64,000 bases of DNA from Octopus bimaculoides (GCF_001194135.2 NC_068982.1:121358581-121422580); one strand, 5' to 3'. Shown: positions 40,401-54,512, counted from the stretch's first letter. Made by a program: numbers and translations. The notes: generated from the letters alone by a model not told the origin.

Positions 40401-40540
40401 ACAGAACCCCTTCTTCATACTTCTAGTCTAACTTTACTTTGTCATACAAGCCTCTAGTCAGGTGCTTTTACATGACTTTAACAATAACTTACCCAATAAA
40501 TTCATATATATATGTCATATATATATATATATATCTATAT

Positions 40541-41266
40541 ATAAAAAACATTGATCAGAGTACAAACATCAAATTTGAGTCAATGGCTTTATATATAACA
40601 TCACGCTTCCAAATATTTGATCATATATAAATATTACCATGGTCCTTAAACATATAAAGTATACATACATAAAAGCACAGAAGGTAAAAAATACATATGC
40701 GAACAAAAACACAGATACATAGAACAGCCCATCAAAAAGGTATACACAATCGACCAAAAATTCCAAAGCATGTCATGCGACTAACAATTTAAATAAAATA
40801 AAATATCAATCGACTAAAAAAATTTTCTTACTCCCCTCAAACAAAAAAAGTATGTCAAAAACGTTCATTTTATAAAAACCATGGTAGGTTGGAGTCCAGG
40901 AGCAAAAAGAGTTCCACAAAATCAAGTCAAGCACATCTATAGCCATTTCAGGACTTCATTGCTGTGGTTCGATTATGAGTTAAAGAGCATCTCGGCAATG
41001 ACCCCTTCATCAGGATGAATAGGAATCTCACAATAAGATTGGAATTTTTGGGCGATTGTGTGTGCCTTCTTAATGGGCCATTCTATGTATCTGTGTTTTT
41101 GTTTGCATATGTATTTTTTACCTTCTGTGTTTTTTATATATGTATACTTTGTATGTTTAAGGGCCTTGGTAATATTTATATCTGATCAAATGTTTGGAGG
41201 CGTGGTGTTATATATAAAGCCGTTGACTCGAATTTGATGTTTGTTCTCTGATCAATGTTTTTTTAT
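40541..41266. mobile_element. Foldback element 4: ~225-bp diverged inverted arms, hammerhead motif in the spacer
   Basis: 40541-40766 versus 41039-41266 are clearly inverted homologues with scattered substitutions; flanked by (TA)n and (TCTA)n. Confidence 0.8.
40934..41017 (-). ncRNA. Type I hammerhead motif (element 4 spacer)
   Basis: CATC-CTGATGA-AGG GG TCATTGC ... GCAATGA AGT CCT-GAA-ATGGCTAT-A-GATG: intact core, helix I CAUC/GAUG, near-palindromic helix III, AUA triplet. Confidence 0.7.
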
Positions 41267-41340
41267 CTCTGTCTCAATTACATTTGAGCCCTTTTTTTGC
41301 AACCCTTTTGTCTCCACAAAAAAAGACAAAAAATATTTCT

Positions 41341-41412
<72 letters not shown>

Positions 41413-41497
41413 TATGTCAGTATGTACGTATAATATTTTTGGTTGACCATTGATATTGTATTTTCTGAATGTCTCTTCTTTTTTCTCTCATTTCCAG

Positions 41498-41564
41498 CGA
41501 TTATAGCCGCGTGCAGTGTGGCTGGATTTGTGGGCATCATTGTAGCTGCAGTTTGTTGGTACAA
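41498..41564 (+). CDS. NPDC1: 67-nt phase1-phase2 exon encoding the transmembrane helix of an NPDC1/CAB-1-like protein
   Basis: TCTTCTTTTTTCTCTCATTTCCAG acceptor and AA|GTAAGT donor. Encodes (A)IIAACSVAGFVGIIVAAVCWY(K/N), which I recognise as the NPDC1-family TM signature (..CSVAG....A..CWY.). Not confirmed by search. Confidence 0.8.
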
Positions 41565-43237
41565 GTAAGTCAACTTTTATTTGTGCCGGAAATTTCTCTC
41601 AAATCATTTTTATTTACTTATTTTGTTTTACTTTTTATTTTTTACTTTCTTGTTGACTTTTCTGCTCTTTTACATCCATTTTATTTGTGATGTTTGCATC
41701 AGAGACATATTCTTTGGCGGGGCAAATGTTGTTTAGCCTCAGATCACCCATGGCCAAGCAGACCTATTATCAAAGTCATTCCAGCAGTGATTAATGAACT
41801 TCGGGCTACATTCTTTAATCTATCCTTTTTAACATGGTAGAAGGTTTGAGGTATATTTGACTGCTGTGTCTGGCAAATTGATCAACCACATAGCGGTTCT
41901 TTTATTGGAGGAGCTGTTTTTACATTTTGTTACTCTTCCTAATGCTAACTCCTCATTGAGGCAGTTGAAGTGAAACCCATTGTATGACAGTTAAGCAAAC
42001 TGCACTGAATACTGTTATTTCCCTTAATAGAGGTACACATAATGTCTGTAGTTATAGGGTTTAAACTCATGATTATGTGGTCAGTAATACAGTCCCCTAA
42101 TGTTACTGGGTCAATATCCTTGGTTCTCTATCAGACTGAGGATTCTTAGAAATTGTTACCTAATAGTTTACTTAGTCCTCTTGAAATTCTTACAACTTAC
42201 TAGAAGTTATGAAAAGCATTCTGTCATTGTGATATAGGATATTAATGTTGGTGTGATGCCTGAGAAGTTTGTACAATAAAACATCATGTGACCTTATTAT
42301 CTCCACCATTTCCACTAATCCAAAGAGTTGCGCATTATAAGGTGATTTACAAAACCCACAAGTTTCTATCAGAATTTTTTATTTAAAAAGAATTCTTTAG
42401 TCTTTTAATCACCACAGTCTTCAGAGGAAAATCTCCTTTAAAATATTAAGAAGCAAAATGAAACTAAAATCAAAAGTTAGCAAATTTTAATAATGTAACT
42501 TTTTACTTTTTCTTGACCTTTAGTGACCTCTTCATCAATTTCACCCATAATCCCAACGTATCCCATTCTTCTTCTAGAACTTACTTTTTATCTACAAACT
42601 TTTATTTGCCTCATTAATCCGAACACATCTATTCTCTAAAATAATTCTTTCTTGTTTGTTCTGCCCCTAAAATGACTAACCTTGTTTCCATGTATATAGA
42701 TATTACGTACTTTTCTCTAAAATAATTCTTACTTGTCTACTCTGCTCCTTAAAATGACACCCTTATGTCCGTGGTTGTGCCCACCCTTTCCCACCCCCAC
42801 CACCAATACTGGAAATCTCGTTTCTCTTACCAGACATCCAGTTGCCCTTCCCCTCTTTCCTCTTGTATTGGTTATCTCGCTGCCCTTTCCTTTCTCTCCC
42901 CCCATATCTGAATTAACTAAACCAGATAGCAGCCCACTTACCCTCCCCCTCTCTCCTTTCTTTTTTTCACTTTTATATCTGCAGCATCAGTAATACTTAC
43001 ACTCACAATTCTCATAACACTTATATTTTCAACACCCCAAACACTTTCATATGCAATGTTTCCTACTCTCCACCCCCAGTAGAGACAACAATTCTAACAT
43101 GTTTGAATGACTGTAGGTTAAAAGCAAGAAGAACAACTATTATGACGTATGTTACCAAATGATCATGGGAACTATGCTATTCAGGTACTGAATAGCATCT
43201 CTCCTTCCTATGTTACCTCCCATATCTCTTTCCCAGT

Positions 43238-45261
43238 TTTCAGAGTTGGCACTGTAAATATAGGCACATTGATGATTGAAAGGTAGGACTAACGAGGTTA
43301 TAGAGATGCTTGAACAGAGACGTGTTGATGTATGTTGTGTACAAGTGGTAAGGTGAAGAAGAGCTTCAGCCAGAGTCCTCAAAGGCAAAGCACATAGGTG
43401 TAAACTCTTCTGGGAAGGTAATAGTGATGGAATAGTGGGGTGTGGGCATACTTCTTGCAGAGAAATGGGTGAATAAGGTTATAGAGGTAATGAGGGTATG
43501 TGATAGAGTACTTAAACTCAGGCTAATCTTGCAGAATGGTATAGCTACAATTATCTCTGCCTACACCCCACAAGCAGGACTACCAAATAACCAGCAGGAT
43601 CACTTTTGTGATATTCTTCTGCAGGCACCCTCCAAAGACAAGTGACAATGATCTCATCTTTGTGGCTGGAGATTTTAATGGGCATATTGGACAGCAACCT
43701 GATATCTTGCATGGGGTACATGGGAGCCATGGAGTTGGTACCAGAAATGAAGAAGGAACTAGGCTCCTGGAGTTCTGCGATGCAAATAACCTATTGATCT
43801 GCAACACCAACTTCAGGAAGCCAGCTAGCTACCTGATAACCTATCAATCAGGTGACTCTGCTAGCCAGATTGATTTCACTCTCACCAGACAGCAGGATGC
43901 ATGGTTGCTCTTAAAAACAAAGACCCTCTCTGGTGAAGAATGTATCCTCCCCCACCAGCATAGACTAGTTATTAGTGACTTTAGACTCGAGGCCAGAAAG
44001 ATGCTAAAAAGCAGACCAATCTGGGAAAGAAGGGCTTGGAAGCTTAATAATCCTTGACATGGTCAGAGATTTAAGGATATCCTTACCGAGACATTTGATG
44101 ATAAGGAAGAGGAGCTACAGTCCTGTGACATAGAAAGCACCTGGGAATTCCTGCGAGACAGCTTGCTGAGTGCCACAGACCAAATCTGTGGCTGGTGCAA
44201 AGTCCCTTCCAGACCTAGGGTAACATGGTGGTGGAATAATACTGTAGATAAGGCCATTATAGGAAAGAAACAAGACTGGAAGGCCTGAAAGAGTGGTGGT
44301 AGCAGGAGAATGTATCAGATAACCAAAAGGGAAGCTAGGAGACAGGTATATATAGCCAAAGAAGTAGCAGAAAAGAAGTTTGCTAATGTTCAGTGACGTG
44401 AAGATCAAAGAACAGAAGTATTTCAGATTGCAAGACAGTGTGTGAGAGAAAACCATGATGTCGCAGGAGAGAAATGTGTCCGCATGGATGATGGTGCCCT
44501 TGCGTTTAATGATTCTGCAAAGAAAGAGGCTTGGAGATGCCATTATGAAAGATTGCTGAATGTGGAGAATGAATGGGAGGAGGAGAGTGTGCCATAGGTT
44601 GACCCAATTGAGGGACCAGCTACCTGAATTGACAGTACCCTGATAGATAAAGTAATTAAGGATATGAAGACAGGGAAAGCACCTGGCCCATCAGGAATCA
44701 CCACTGAGATGCTTGAAATATCGGACGGTGTAGGTTATGGTCTTGTCACCCACATCGTAAATCAGGTAGTTCATGGCGGAATCATACCCAATGACTGGTG
44801 TAGCAGCACCATAGGCAACTGCTACAAGGGTAAAGGTGATGCTTTAGATAGAAATAACTACAGGGGTATCAAATTATTGGATCAGGTGATGAAAGTTACA
44901 GAGNNNNNNNNNNACAGGGGTATCAAATTATTGGATCAGGTGATGAAAGTTACAGAGAGGGTCATAGCCCAACTAATTAGGGAGAGAGTTAGTCTAGATG
45001 AAATGGTAAGGCAACTACAGGAGAAATATCTAGCCAAAGATAAACCTCTGTACTTGGTTTTTGTTGACTTGGAGAAAGCCTTTGACAGGTTCCTCGATCC
45101 CTTATCTGGTGGTCAATGCGGAAACTGGAGATAGACGAGTGGTTGGTAAGAGCTGTATAAGCCTTGTACAGGGATGATGTAAGGTGAGGGTTGACAATAA
45201 GTATAGTGAAGAACTCCAGGTTGAAGTAGGGGTTCACCAAGGATCAGTCCTCAGCCCCCTA
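43238..45261 (+). mobile_element. RTE-clade LINE, decayed: APE endonuclease plus N-terminal RT, 3'-truncated
   Basis: FRVGTVNIGTL, VDVCCVQ, GVGILL, ISAYTPQ, VAGDFNGHIG, SQIDF, KAPGPSG, NYRGIKLL, FVDLEKAFD and HQGSVLSPL motifs, with stops and frameshifts. Confidence 0.95.
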
Positions 45262-45692
45262 TATAATAAATTTATCTCTTATGTGTCCTTTAAATGATAT
45301 TAGATATATAAGTTTAATTTTAAAACTTTAGTCCAATATATATAAAAACTTACACACACTTACTAAACATAGACACACATAGGGGTATACGCATGTGCAA
45401 ATAAAGACACGTACAATAGGAATACGAAATACAAAATGGCTGATCGTTAGTAAGGAAAGACACAGAAAGAAGAAAGCAAAGGACCACTGATAAGGTCACA
45501 AAAGTGTGACAAAAGAACTCTGGCCAAAATACGATTAATGTAAAAAGGAAAATAAAGCTGAAGCAAATTAACACCAAATATTGTGCGTGTGTTTTTATTG
45601 GCTAAACTGGCAACATGACCATCCCCAAATACAACAATATCTGTTTCAATACACGATTTCACATCAAAAATCTTGCAAAATGAATATATAAA
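45262..45692 (+). mobile_element. Non-coding Penelope-like relic with a mutated hammerhead core
   Basis: GGACCA-CTGATAA-GGTCAC AAAAGT GTGAC-AAAA-GAACTC-TGGCC at 45481-45525; ends at (TA)n(CA)n. Confidence 0.4.
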
Positions 45693-45693
45693 C

Positions 45694-45797
<104 letters not shown>

Positions 45798-46257
45798 TAT
45801 TTTGTCATAAGACTCACAAGTATCCAACAGAGCATGTCTCAGCAACTCATCTTAATAAAATATAACAAAGGCTCACTACATAATTGTAGATAATTATAAA
45901 TAATTCAGAGGTGTGATATTAGTCTCTAGTAAGAAACAAAATAGAAAAGAAATTTCAACATCCCACATTAAAAAGAAAATATTATTATGACCTCACAGGT
46001 TTGCAATTCACTCTCTTTCTCCATCTTTCTATCTCTCCCACTCTCTCATATGCATGTGTAAAATGATGATAGTCTGTTGATACTGTATTTTAACTCTAAC
46101 ATTGCAATCAGCTATGCTAGCCATACCACGCTGACTTTTTGGCTGTCTTATTCTGACCATAAACATCATCACTGTCATAAATCTTATGGAAAGCTTTTAA
46201 TGAATAGTAGCATCACATTCTTGACTGGACATAAAGCTGTTTGTCTGACTTCCTTTG

Positions 46258-46311
<54 letters not shown>

Positions 46312-46904
46312 TCACTCACTCTTCCTCTTCTGTTGTAGCGTAAGTTGTTTATAGCTTTAAAAACTATTAACAGTTTATAATTTGTGAACCAGGTAAGAAT
46401 ATACACACGCTGACCAACACACTCACATGGACGTGTTCACATATGTACACAAACACATACAAATACATTGTTGCATATGCATTCGCATGTACAGAATTAT
46501 ATGCAAATCTACACGCACATGATTATCTATAGATTAAGCATTTACAGTAAGTTTATGTTAATGCTTGGCAGAACATAAATGGTTAATGATTTGTGAACTG
46601 GAAGAGTCTCTCTCTCTCTCCCTCTGTCTCTCTCTGTCTCTGTCTCTCTCTCTCTCTCAAGTTTGTTCTTGTTTGTAGCTGTTTAGCTGTTACAGATTGA
46701 TAGATACATATTTCGATTCTTAAAAATTGTATATGTAATTTTATAAGACAATATTTGTAGCTATAAACAAGTTCTTGCTCTCATAGAAAATATATAGTGT
46801 GGGCCAATGACTTCCAATCTGCTGGATGGTGTAACATGTCATGTCTGAATGTGTAAACTGTACTACTATTTTGAATGTGTTCACTATGTGTGAATATCAT
46901 AGAT

Positions 46905-47278
46905 ATTCATGGTTTAAGAGGTCCAACATATTTAGCAGCTTTCCATGGCAAATAACAAAGTGAGGATGAGAATAGCACAAGCTGTTGTACCACAAGGATC
47001 TGCCGACAATTGTAAAGACAAGGAAACTGAAATGATATAGCCATATCACAAGAAGCTCCAGTCTAGCAAAAATAATACTGCAAGACACAGTAGGAGGTGG
47101 ACAAAAGCAAGGTAGGCCAAGGAAAAGATAGTCTTGTAACATTAAAGAATGGACAGCTTTCAATTTTGCCAACTCACAGAGGGCAGCAGAAAACCAAGAG
47201 AAGTGGTGGAATTTGGTGCAGTTTCATCAATAAATGTCCCCAATAACCACATAGTTAAGGGATAGGATAGGATAGGAT
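46905..47278 (+). mobile_element. RTE (BovB-like) LINE 3' end with (GATAG)n tail
   Basis: LPTIVKTRKLK*YSHITRSSSLAKIILQDTVGGGQKQGRPRKR*SCNIKEWT followed by GATAGGATAGGATAGG. Confidence 0.85.
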
Positions 47279-49258
47279 TAATGATAGGGGATTTCCACCA
47301 GCTGTTGTCACCAATGTTCTTTGCTTACATAGTATGACAATGCACCAGTCTTCCTACCTTTAGTGCTACACTGCAGCTACAAATGGATCATTTGAGATTT
47401 TGCAATTGTTGCTGCTTAATCCCAGATCAACCAGACTTATAAGGAAGAGCATACCAACTGTGACCATCCTGTTTTCATATGGATGTATAGGACCCTATTA
47501 CTTATGGGTCTTATTTAGACATTAGGATGTGATTTGAGAGTTATTTGAATAGTATTTCTTGCTAGTCTGGTAACCACGTTGAAGCTCCCTCATTGGTTTG
47601 CTTTAAATGATATCGTCATGATGATGTCGAGCATCTCAAGCAAAAGTACATCCTCAATGTAACAAAGATTGCATCACAAAGACGGGCCTTCCTCATAAGG
47701 GACACCAAATACTTCAGCCTCCAACAATTACTTTTCACAAAGCTCACACTGCAGTGGATTACTATTCTTCTTGGGAAGGTACTACTTCTGTACATAGAGA
47801 CATTCTACATTCATCACTTTGATGGCTGTTAATTTACTCGCCAACACACTCCAACTTCTGAACCACAGGTGTGCTGTCTCGGCACCTCAAAGCTGGTTGG
47901 TCTCATGCCACTTCTCCTCAAGCACTCTCATCTCACTCATCCCTCCTTCTGTTACCCATATTGTGTTCACTTTTTCAGTTTTTACACTGACCACCCACCA
48001 TGTCCAGTTCTTCTTTCCCAAACCATTAGTTTCCGAAATTTCTTCTCTGCACGTGTCTTTCATGGAGCTGGTGTTTTGCAACTCTTCAAGAAGAATGCTA
48101 ACTCCCACCATAGACATGGCTGTGCTGTTAACAAGCTCAAGCTCACTTTGGAACCATGTAGTTTGAAGTTCAGTCTCACTGCATAGAATCTTGGACAAGG
48201 GTTTACTACATCCTCAAGGTTGACCTAAGGCTTTTAACTGAATTTGATAGATAGAAACTGTAGAAGCTTGTCAGATATGTGAGTGTGTGTGTGTGTGTGT
48301 GTTTGTGTGTCTTTGTGTTTGTTTCCAGCATCTCTGCTTGATAACCAGTGTTGCTTTGCTTATGTCACCACAACTTAGTGGTTCAAGAAAGGATACTGAT
48401 AGAATAAGTAATAGCTTGAAAAAAAAATTAAGTGCTGGGGACAATTTGTTTGATCAAACCCTTCAAGGCAGTATGACTGCAGTTCAATAACTGAAACAGG
48501 TGAAAGATAGAAGAAAAAAAGTTACATAATTTTCTGAAATCCAGCATAAGTCATGGGCACTGTCCCTTCCTCCAGGTCAAACCAATGGGCAACAGAAAAT
48601 TTTTTCTATTTTAAATACTACTGATAGCTTACTTGCTAAGCTACATTTGGCTGCTTGCTTTAAATATGTCAAATGATTACATCAGTGATATGATGATGGG
48701 GATGATAATGATATGTAGGTAGCAGTGGCTGTGGTGATTGAAGAGGTGATGTGGAGATGATGGTGGTTATTAAGATCATGTATACTTTTTAAAATTGAAA
48801 CTGGATACTTTAACATTGTGAAAGTTTGGAAGCTGGCCATATGTCCTCTGCCAAAATACGATTGAATTAAAACTTTTGAAAAGCAGCATAATTTCATTTA
48901 ATTTCAAGGAATAAATAAATATATATATCTGTGTGTGTGTGTGTGTGTGTGTGTAATAGTAACAATAATTAAAACAACAAACATATGCAACAATAAAGGC
49001 TACAACAGCTATAACTATGGCAATTACATGAATTACAGTAAGAAACCCAACAATTATGACTACTACTACTACTACTACCACTACCAGCCACCACCTCAAA
49101 TACTCCCACTCCATCCATACTACATTTCAAGAAGACTATCAAATGTTTTGAATATTAATGATTTTAATTGGTTTCAGATGAATTCTCAAATTATGTAAAT
49201 AATGTAATTAGCTGAAGCTAGGTTTTTGTTATGGGCAGTGGTAGTGGTGGTATTGTTG

Positions 49259-49308
<50 letters not shown>

Positions 49309-49592
49309 CGTCGTGATCTAAGGTAATATAGAATATGTTGGTGGAGGTGGGAGAAACACTAGACAAAAAACAGCAGTGAATGGAGTGGGATATTTTAATA
49401 TAATTTGACAGATATTATAAAAAAAATAAATAAATAAATAAATTGGTTTCTTTCTCAAACAATTTAGTCAAATGAATAAATTTGGTCAATATTAAATATT
49501 ACTATGTTATTATAACCATTGATATTTTCATCATCATTGTTGTCACTGTAATTGTCATCATAATCATCGTCGTCATCATCATTGCCATTCTT

Positions 49593-49623
<31 letters not shown>

Positions 49624-49995
49624 CTACCACCATCATCATTAACCACACAACCATATCATGAAGCAAAGTTAATAGTAGTAGTTGTCATTGAAGTTGTTTA
49701 TCCACTAGTCAGCCCAAATCAAACAAGTCCCAACTGTGACCATCCCATATATTCTTTTTATTATTGAAGCCTCCACTTCTGTCTGTATCAAATTAAGTGC
49801 ATAAATATCTCTTCCAAGATCAATTGTAGCTTAATCACCAATTAATTATATTGTTATCTATGTCTGTGTAAACAGAACATTTGTGTATATATGTAAGGAT
49901 ATATCTATGTTTGTGTGTGTGTGAGTATCTGTATACACACACATACACAGACATGTGTATATGTGTATGTAAATATGTATGTGTGTGTGTGTATG

Positions 49996-50039
<44 letters not shown>

Positions 50040-50042
<3 letters not shown>

Positions 50043-50421
50043 GCACTCCGTCAGTTATGATGACGAGGGTTCCACTTGATCTGATCAACAGAACAGCCTG
50101 CTCGTGAAATTAACGTGCATGTGGCTGAGCACTCCACAGACACGTGTACCCTTAATGTAGTTTTCGGGGAGATTCAACATGACGCAGAGTGTGACAAGGC
50201 TGGCCCTTTGAAATACAGGTAGAACAGAAACAGGAATAAAGAGCGAGAGAAAGTTGTGGTGAAAGAGTAAAACAGGTTTCGCCACCACCCCCTGCCGGAG
50301 CCTTGTGGAGCTTTAGGTGTTTTCACTCAATAAACATTCACAATACCTGGTCTGGGAATCGAAACCGCGATCCTACGACCGCGAGTCTGCTGCCCTAACC
50401 ATTGGGCCATTGCGCCTCCAC
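50040..50421 (-). mobile_element. SINE family A, full length, inserted in (TA)n
   Basis: Homologous to 20913-21292, with (TA)n on both sides. Confidence 0.9.
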
Positions 50422-51104
50422 ATATATATATATATATATATATATAATTATTCATCAAATCACATCTACCTTCCTATCTTCCTGCCTACTGCCAACCAAA
50501 GTAAAATATTGAAATAATGTTGACATTACATCTAAATACTTGCTTGTAGCAATTGTTATGACAGTCCCTTCCAAGACAAAAAAATGGGTCCTCTGAAAAC
50601 TGGTCATCCAACAATGAAGCATGTCAAGGATGCACCAGCACTGGCAGAGTCACCAAGTTACTTGCAAGACAAAGATCCTTTGAAAGGTGGGGCACTGGCA
50701 GAGGTGACCTTGTACCAGGTGATGAGAGGTTAGAGTGTGACAGAGGGAGAGAAACAGGTGTCTTGCTATAGATAAGATACATGGTTACCCAGTTAGAGGC
50801 AGAGAGCATAGAAGAGAGTGTAAGAGAGAGCAGGGGAGAGATGGTGGTGAAGTGCCCTCAAAGTACGGGGTAAGGTAGGGTCAGAATATAAATGAGATGA
50901 TAGAGTATTGCTAAGGGTGCATGAGTAGAGAGTGAGGGACAACAGGGTAGCAATGATAGAGTGAGCAGAGCAGTGAGGACAGGATTGGGAAGTAAGAGAT
51001 AAGCATAGTGTATGGAAAAAAGAAAGTGTGAGGAAGAGAAAAGGAGATATAGTTTGGTTTGTTGGGGTAAGGTGTATAAATTTTTTTGTTTTTCTTTTAT
51101 TACA

Positions 51105-51650
51105 TATGGATGAAACACACACCACTCCCAGAACTCACTTTCTCTGCTGTGAGCAGGTCTTCTCAAGAACCACATATCACCAGACTTTGCAGTCCATTAT
51201 CATCTCTGTGAGGCCCAACATTCTGAAATCAGTCCTCACTGCTTCATCCCATGCCTTTCTGGGTCTCCATCTTCTACAGGTGCCATCCACTTACAGCAAT
51301 CAGCACTTCTTTACACAGCTGTCTTCATTCATATGCATCACTTGTCCAAACCAACGTAGTCTTCTCTCTTACATACTGCATCTGATTCCTCTTATGTTTG
51401 ACCTTTCTCTCAGTGCATGTGCACTTTGTCATACAATCAGACACCTGTTGCACATCCAGTGGACCATACTAGCTTCATTCCTCTCTAGCCTATACATGTC
51501 TTCTGCATTCAGAGCTCCTATCTCAGTACTGTGGAGTATAACCATTCATACACAAGCATCATATAATCTGCCTTTCACTCTGAGAGAAAGAGTCCTTTTG
51601 ATGACAAAAGAGGTAATAGCTCTCTGAACTTCTTCCATCCCATTCTTATT
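51105..51650 (-). mobile_element. RTE LINE 3' fragment
   Basis: The minus strand reads RIRMGWKKFRELLPLL, VKGRLYDACV, RLERNEASM and RRLRWFGQVM. The 199-aa + ORF is its antisense. Confidence 0.9.
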
Positions 51651-51711
51651 CTAACATATATACATATACCTACGTATATACATGTATATGAATGTTTATA
51701 TATATAGTCAT

Positions 51712-51743
<32 letters not shown>

Positions 51744-51850
51744 CTGCTACATCAGATTGGTGTCTGGTACAGCCATCTGGTTCGCCAGTCCTCAGTCAAA
51801 TCGTCCAACCCATGCTAGCATGGAATGCGGGCGTTAAACAATGATGATGA

Positions 51851-52082
51851 TATGTATGTATGTGTATATAAGTATGTGTATATATTTATATATATGTATA
51901 TATATGTATACATATGTATATGTGTATATATATATATGTATATATGTATATATATATGTATATATATATGTATATATGTATGTGTGTATATATATGTATG
52001 TGTTTATATATATATATATATATGTATACATATGTACATGTATATATCTATGTATATATATATATGTGTGTGTGTGTGTCTG

Positions 52083-52125
<43 letters not shown>

Positions 52126-52229
52126 ATATATATGTATATATATGTATATGTATGTATATATATATGTATGTATATATATGTATGCACATATATATGTGTG
52201 TGTCTGTGTGTGTATATATATATATATAT
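51851..52229. repeat. Long compound (TA)/(TG)/(TATG) microsatellite
   Basis: Direct reading; source of the Y/I/C-rich pseudo-ORFs. Confidence 0.95.
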
Positions 52230-52628
52230 NNNNNNNNNNNNNNNNNNNNNNNNNNNNNNNNNNNNNNNNNNNNNNNNNNNNNNNNNNNNNNNNNNNNNNN
52301 NNNNNNNNNNNNNNNNNNNNNNNNNNNNNNNNNNNNNNNNNNNNNATATTTATATATTTGATCCTTTATATTGAACACTCAATATTTCATCTACATTCAA
52401 TACTTTCTTTCATGGTGCCATCCATTTTTATTTTATTTTATTTTATATTATATATTGTTTATTATATTATATATTGTATATTCCATATTCTATACCCCAC
52501 ATTGGTTCTGCAGGAATATAAATAAAACATAAAAAAACAGACAGTGTTGGAACTCTTTTAAACAAAATAATATATTCCTCTATACACAATCATACAAAAA
52601 ACCCACCTTTTTTGTATTTATTTTTACT

Positions 52629-52666
<38 letters not shown>

Positions 52667-52879
52667 TGGTAATAATAAAATGTAACAACAAAAGAATGAA
52701 ACCTCGATATATGATTAATAGAGGATTATTTATATATGTTATAATTTAGAACAAACAGTAAAAGGTTGTCGTTATAGTACTCAGAGTTTTAAATGTCAGA
52801 GCGATGAGCTACGATACACTCTTGTCGGCTATTAATGGCAACAGATGCTGTGAAAAACTGTAAAATAAAAGTTGTGTGT

Positions 52880-53455
52880 AATCACAGCAAACTGCCAGGG
52901 ATCTCAGTCCCCTGTCATCTCCTTTGTGAGTCCCAATATCTGCATATCCTTTCTCACTGCTTCATCCTACATCTTCCTGGATCCACCCCTTTCACATGTT
53001 CCCTCTACAATTGAAGACTGGTACCTCTTGGTGCAGCTGTCTTCATTTATACATATTACATGGCCATATCAGTGCAGTCTTCTCTCTTGCAAACTGCATC
53101 TGATGCTACATATACCCAGTTTTTCTCTCAAATCACATGCACTCTATGCACACTGATATTACCCATCCAATGGACCATACTGGCTTCATTTCTTTCAAGT
53201 CTTCTCATATCCTTTGTAGTCACAGCCCATGTCTCACTGCCATGTATCATAGCTGTTTGTACACAAACATCATACAATCTGCCTTTCACTCTGAGGGAGA
53301 AACCCTTCATTACTAACAGAGGTAGTTAGTAGCTCTCTGAACTTAGTCCAGCCAATTCTTACTCTAGCAGCTATGCTTTCAGAAAAAAACACTGCTAACT
53401 TGGTCACCTAAGTAACTGAAACTGTCTACTACTTCTAAGGATCCTCCCTGACATA
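52880..53455 (-). mobile_element. RTE LINE 3' fragment
   Basis: LGDLVT, ARVRIGWTKFREL, VKGRLYDVCVQTAMIHGSETWA and RRLERNEASM. Confidence 0.9.
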
Positions 53456-54081
53456 TGAGGGAGTCTATCTTTTATGTGTGTGTGTGTGTGTGTGTGCATA
53501 TCATTTAATGTACACAGTATAAAGTTCATACCTTTATATTGTGTCCATTAAGTGATATTTATCTTTCACTGGATGGAGTACTTTTTTGTTGATTTTTACC
53601 TCAGCTGTCTGTATGGATGTATGCACGCATACATACATATGTATGCATCCATGCATACATAAAGAAGACTGTATAGTTAAGAATCATTGTAAGATTATAT
53701 GCTTCCAAGGGTGTTTGTAGTGATCTTGCCTATTGGTGTCAGAATCATGCTGACATCCATTAGGCAGCTGAGGAGAAAATTCCTGGCTTTAAGTTTATCC
53801 CATAATTGGTTATATATCCAATGTTACTTGGTTGATTGAGTACTCTGTACTTTTTTTGGTATGGTTGTTTATATGTTTATAATATTTGTTTGTGATGTTT
53901 ATCTGTAAACTTAATTTAGATTTTTTTACACGCTTAGATATTTGATTCTGCAATTATTAGGGGTTCTTGTTTAGGTTTAGTTTATCTCACAGCTTTTTCT
54001 GGATTGTACTAGCTTAGGTTATCTAATTTGGTGAAGATAGCTTTCAGAAGAGAGTAATTTAACAATATAGGATAAATATGT

Positions 54082-54123
<42 letters not shown>

Positions 54124-54377
54124 GACATATTAATCCAATTATACACCCACTCTGCTGCACACATTCAGTACATATATCCTCTGCACACTTTCATTTTATA
54201 TTTCTGTGCATATTCACTCTATACATACTCATTATACACATATTCAATATATGCACCCATTATACATATTCCCTGTATAAATTCAGTACATGCGCTCACT
54301 ATATATACATTACATAATTCTTTATATATATATATATATATATATCCTTGCTACATAATTCAATATGCATATATACA

Positions 54378-54431
<54 letters not shown>

Positions 54432-54481
54432 ATACATCAAGAGACTGACAGACAGATGGATGGATAGATAGACAGACAGAT

Positions 54482-54512
<31 letters not shown>

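Noticed and set aside
49070-49090. YHYQ resembling the NPDC1 cytoplasmic motif
   Set aside because: Produced by a TAC/CAC microsatellite, with no splice sites or further similarity.
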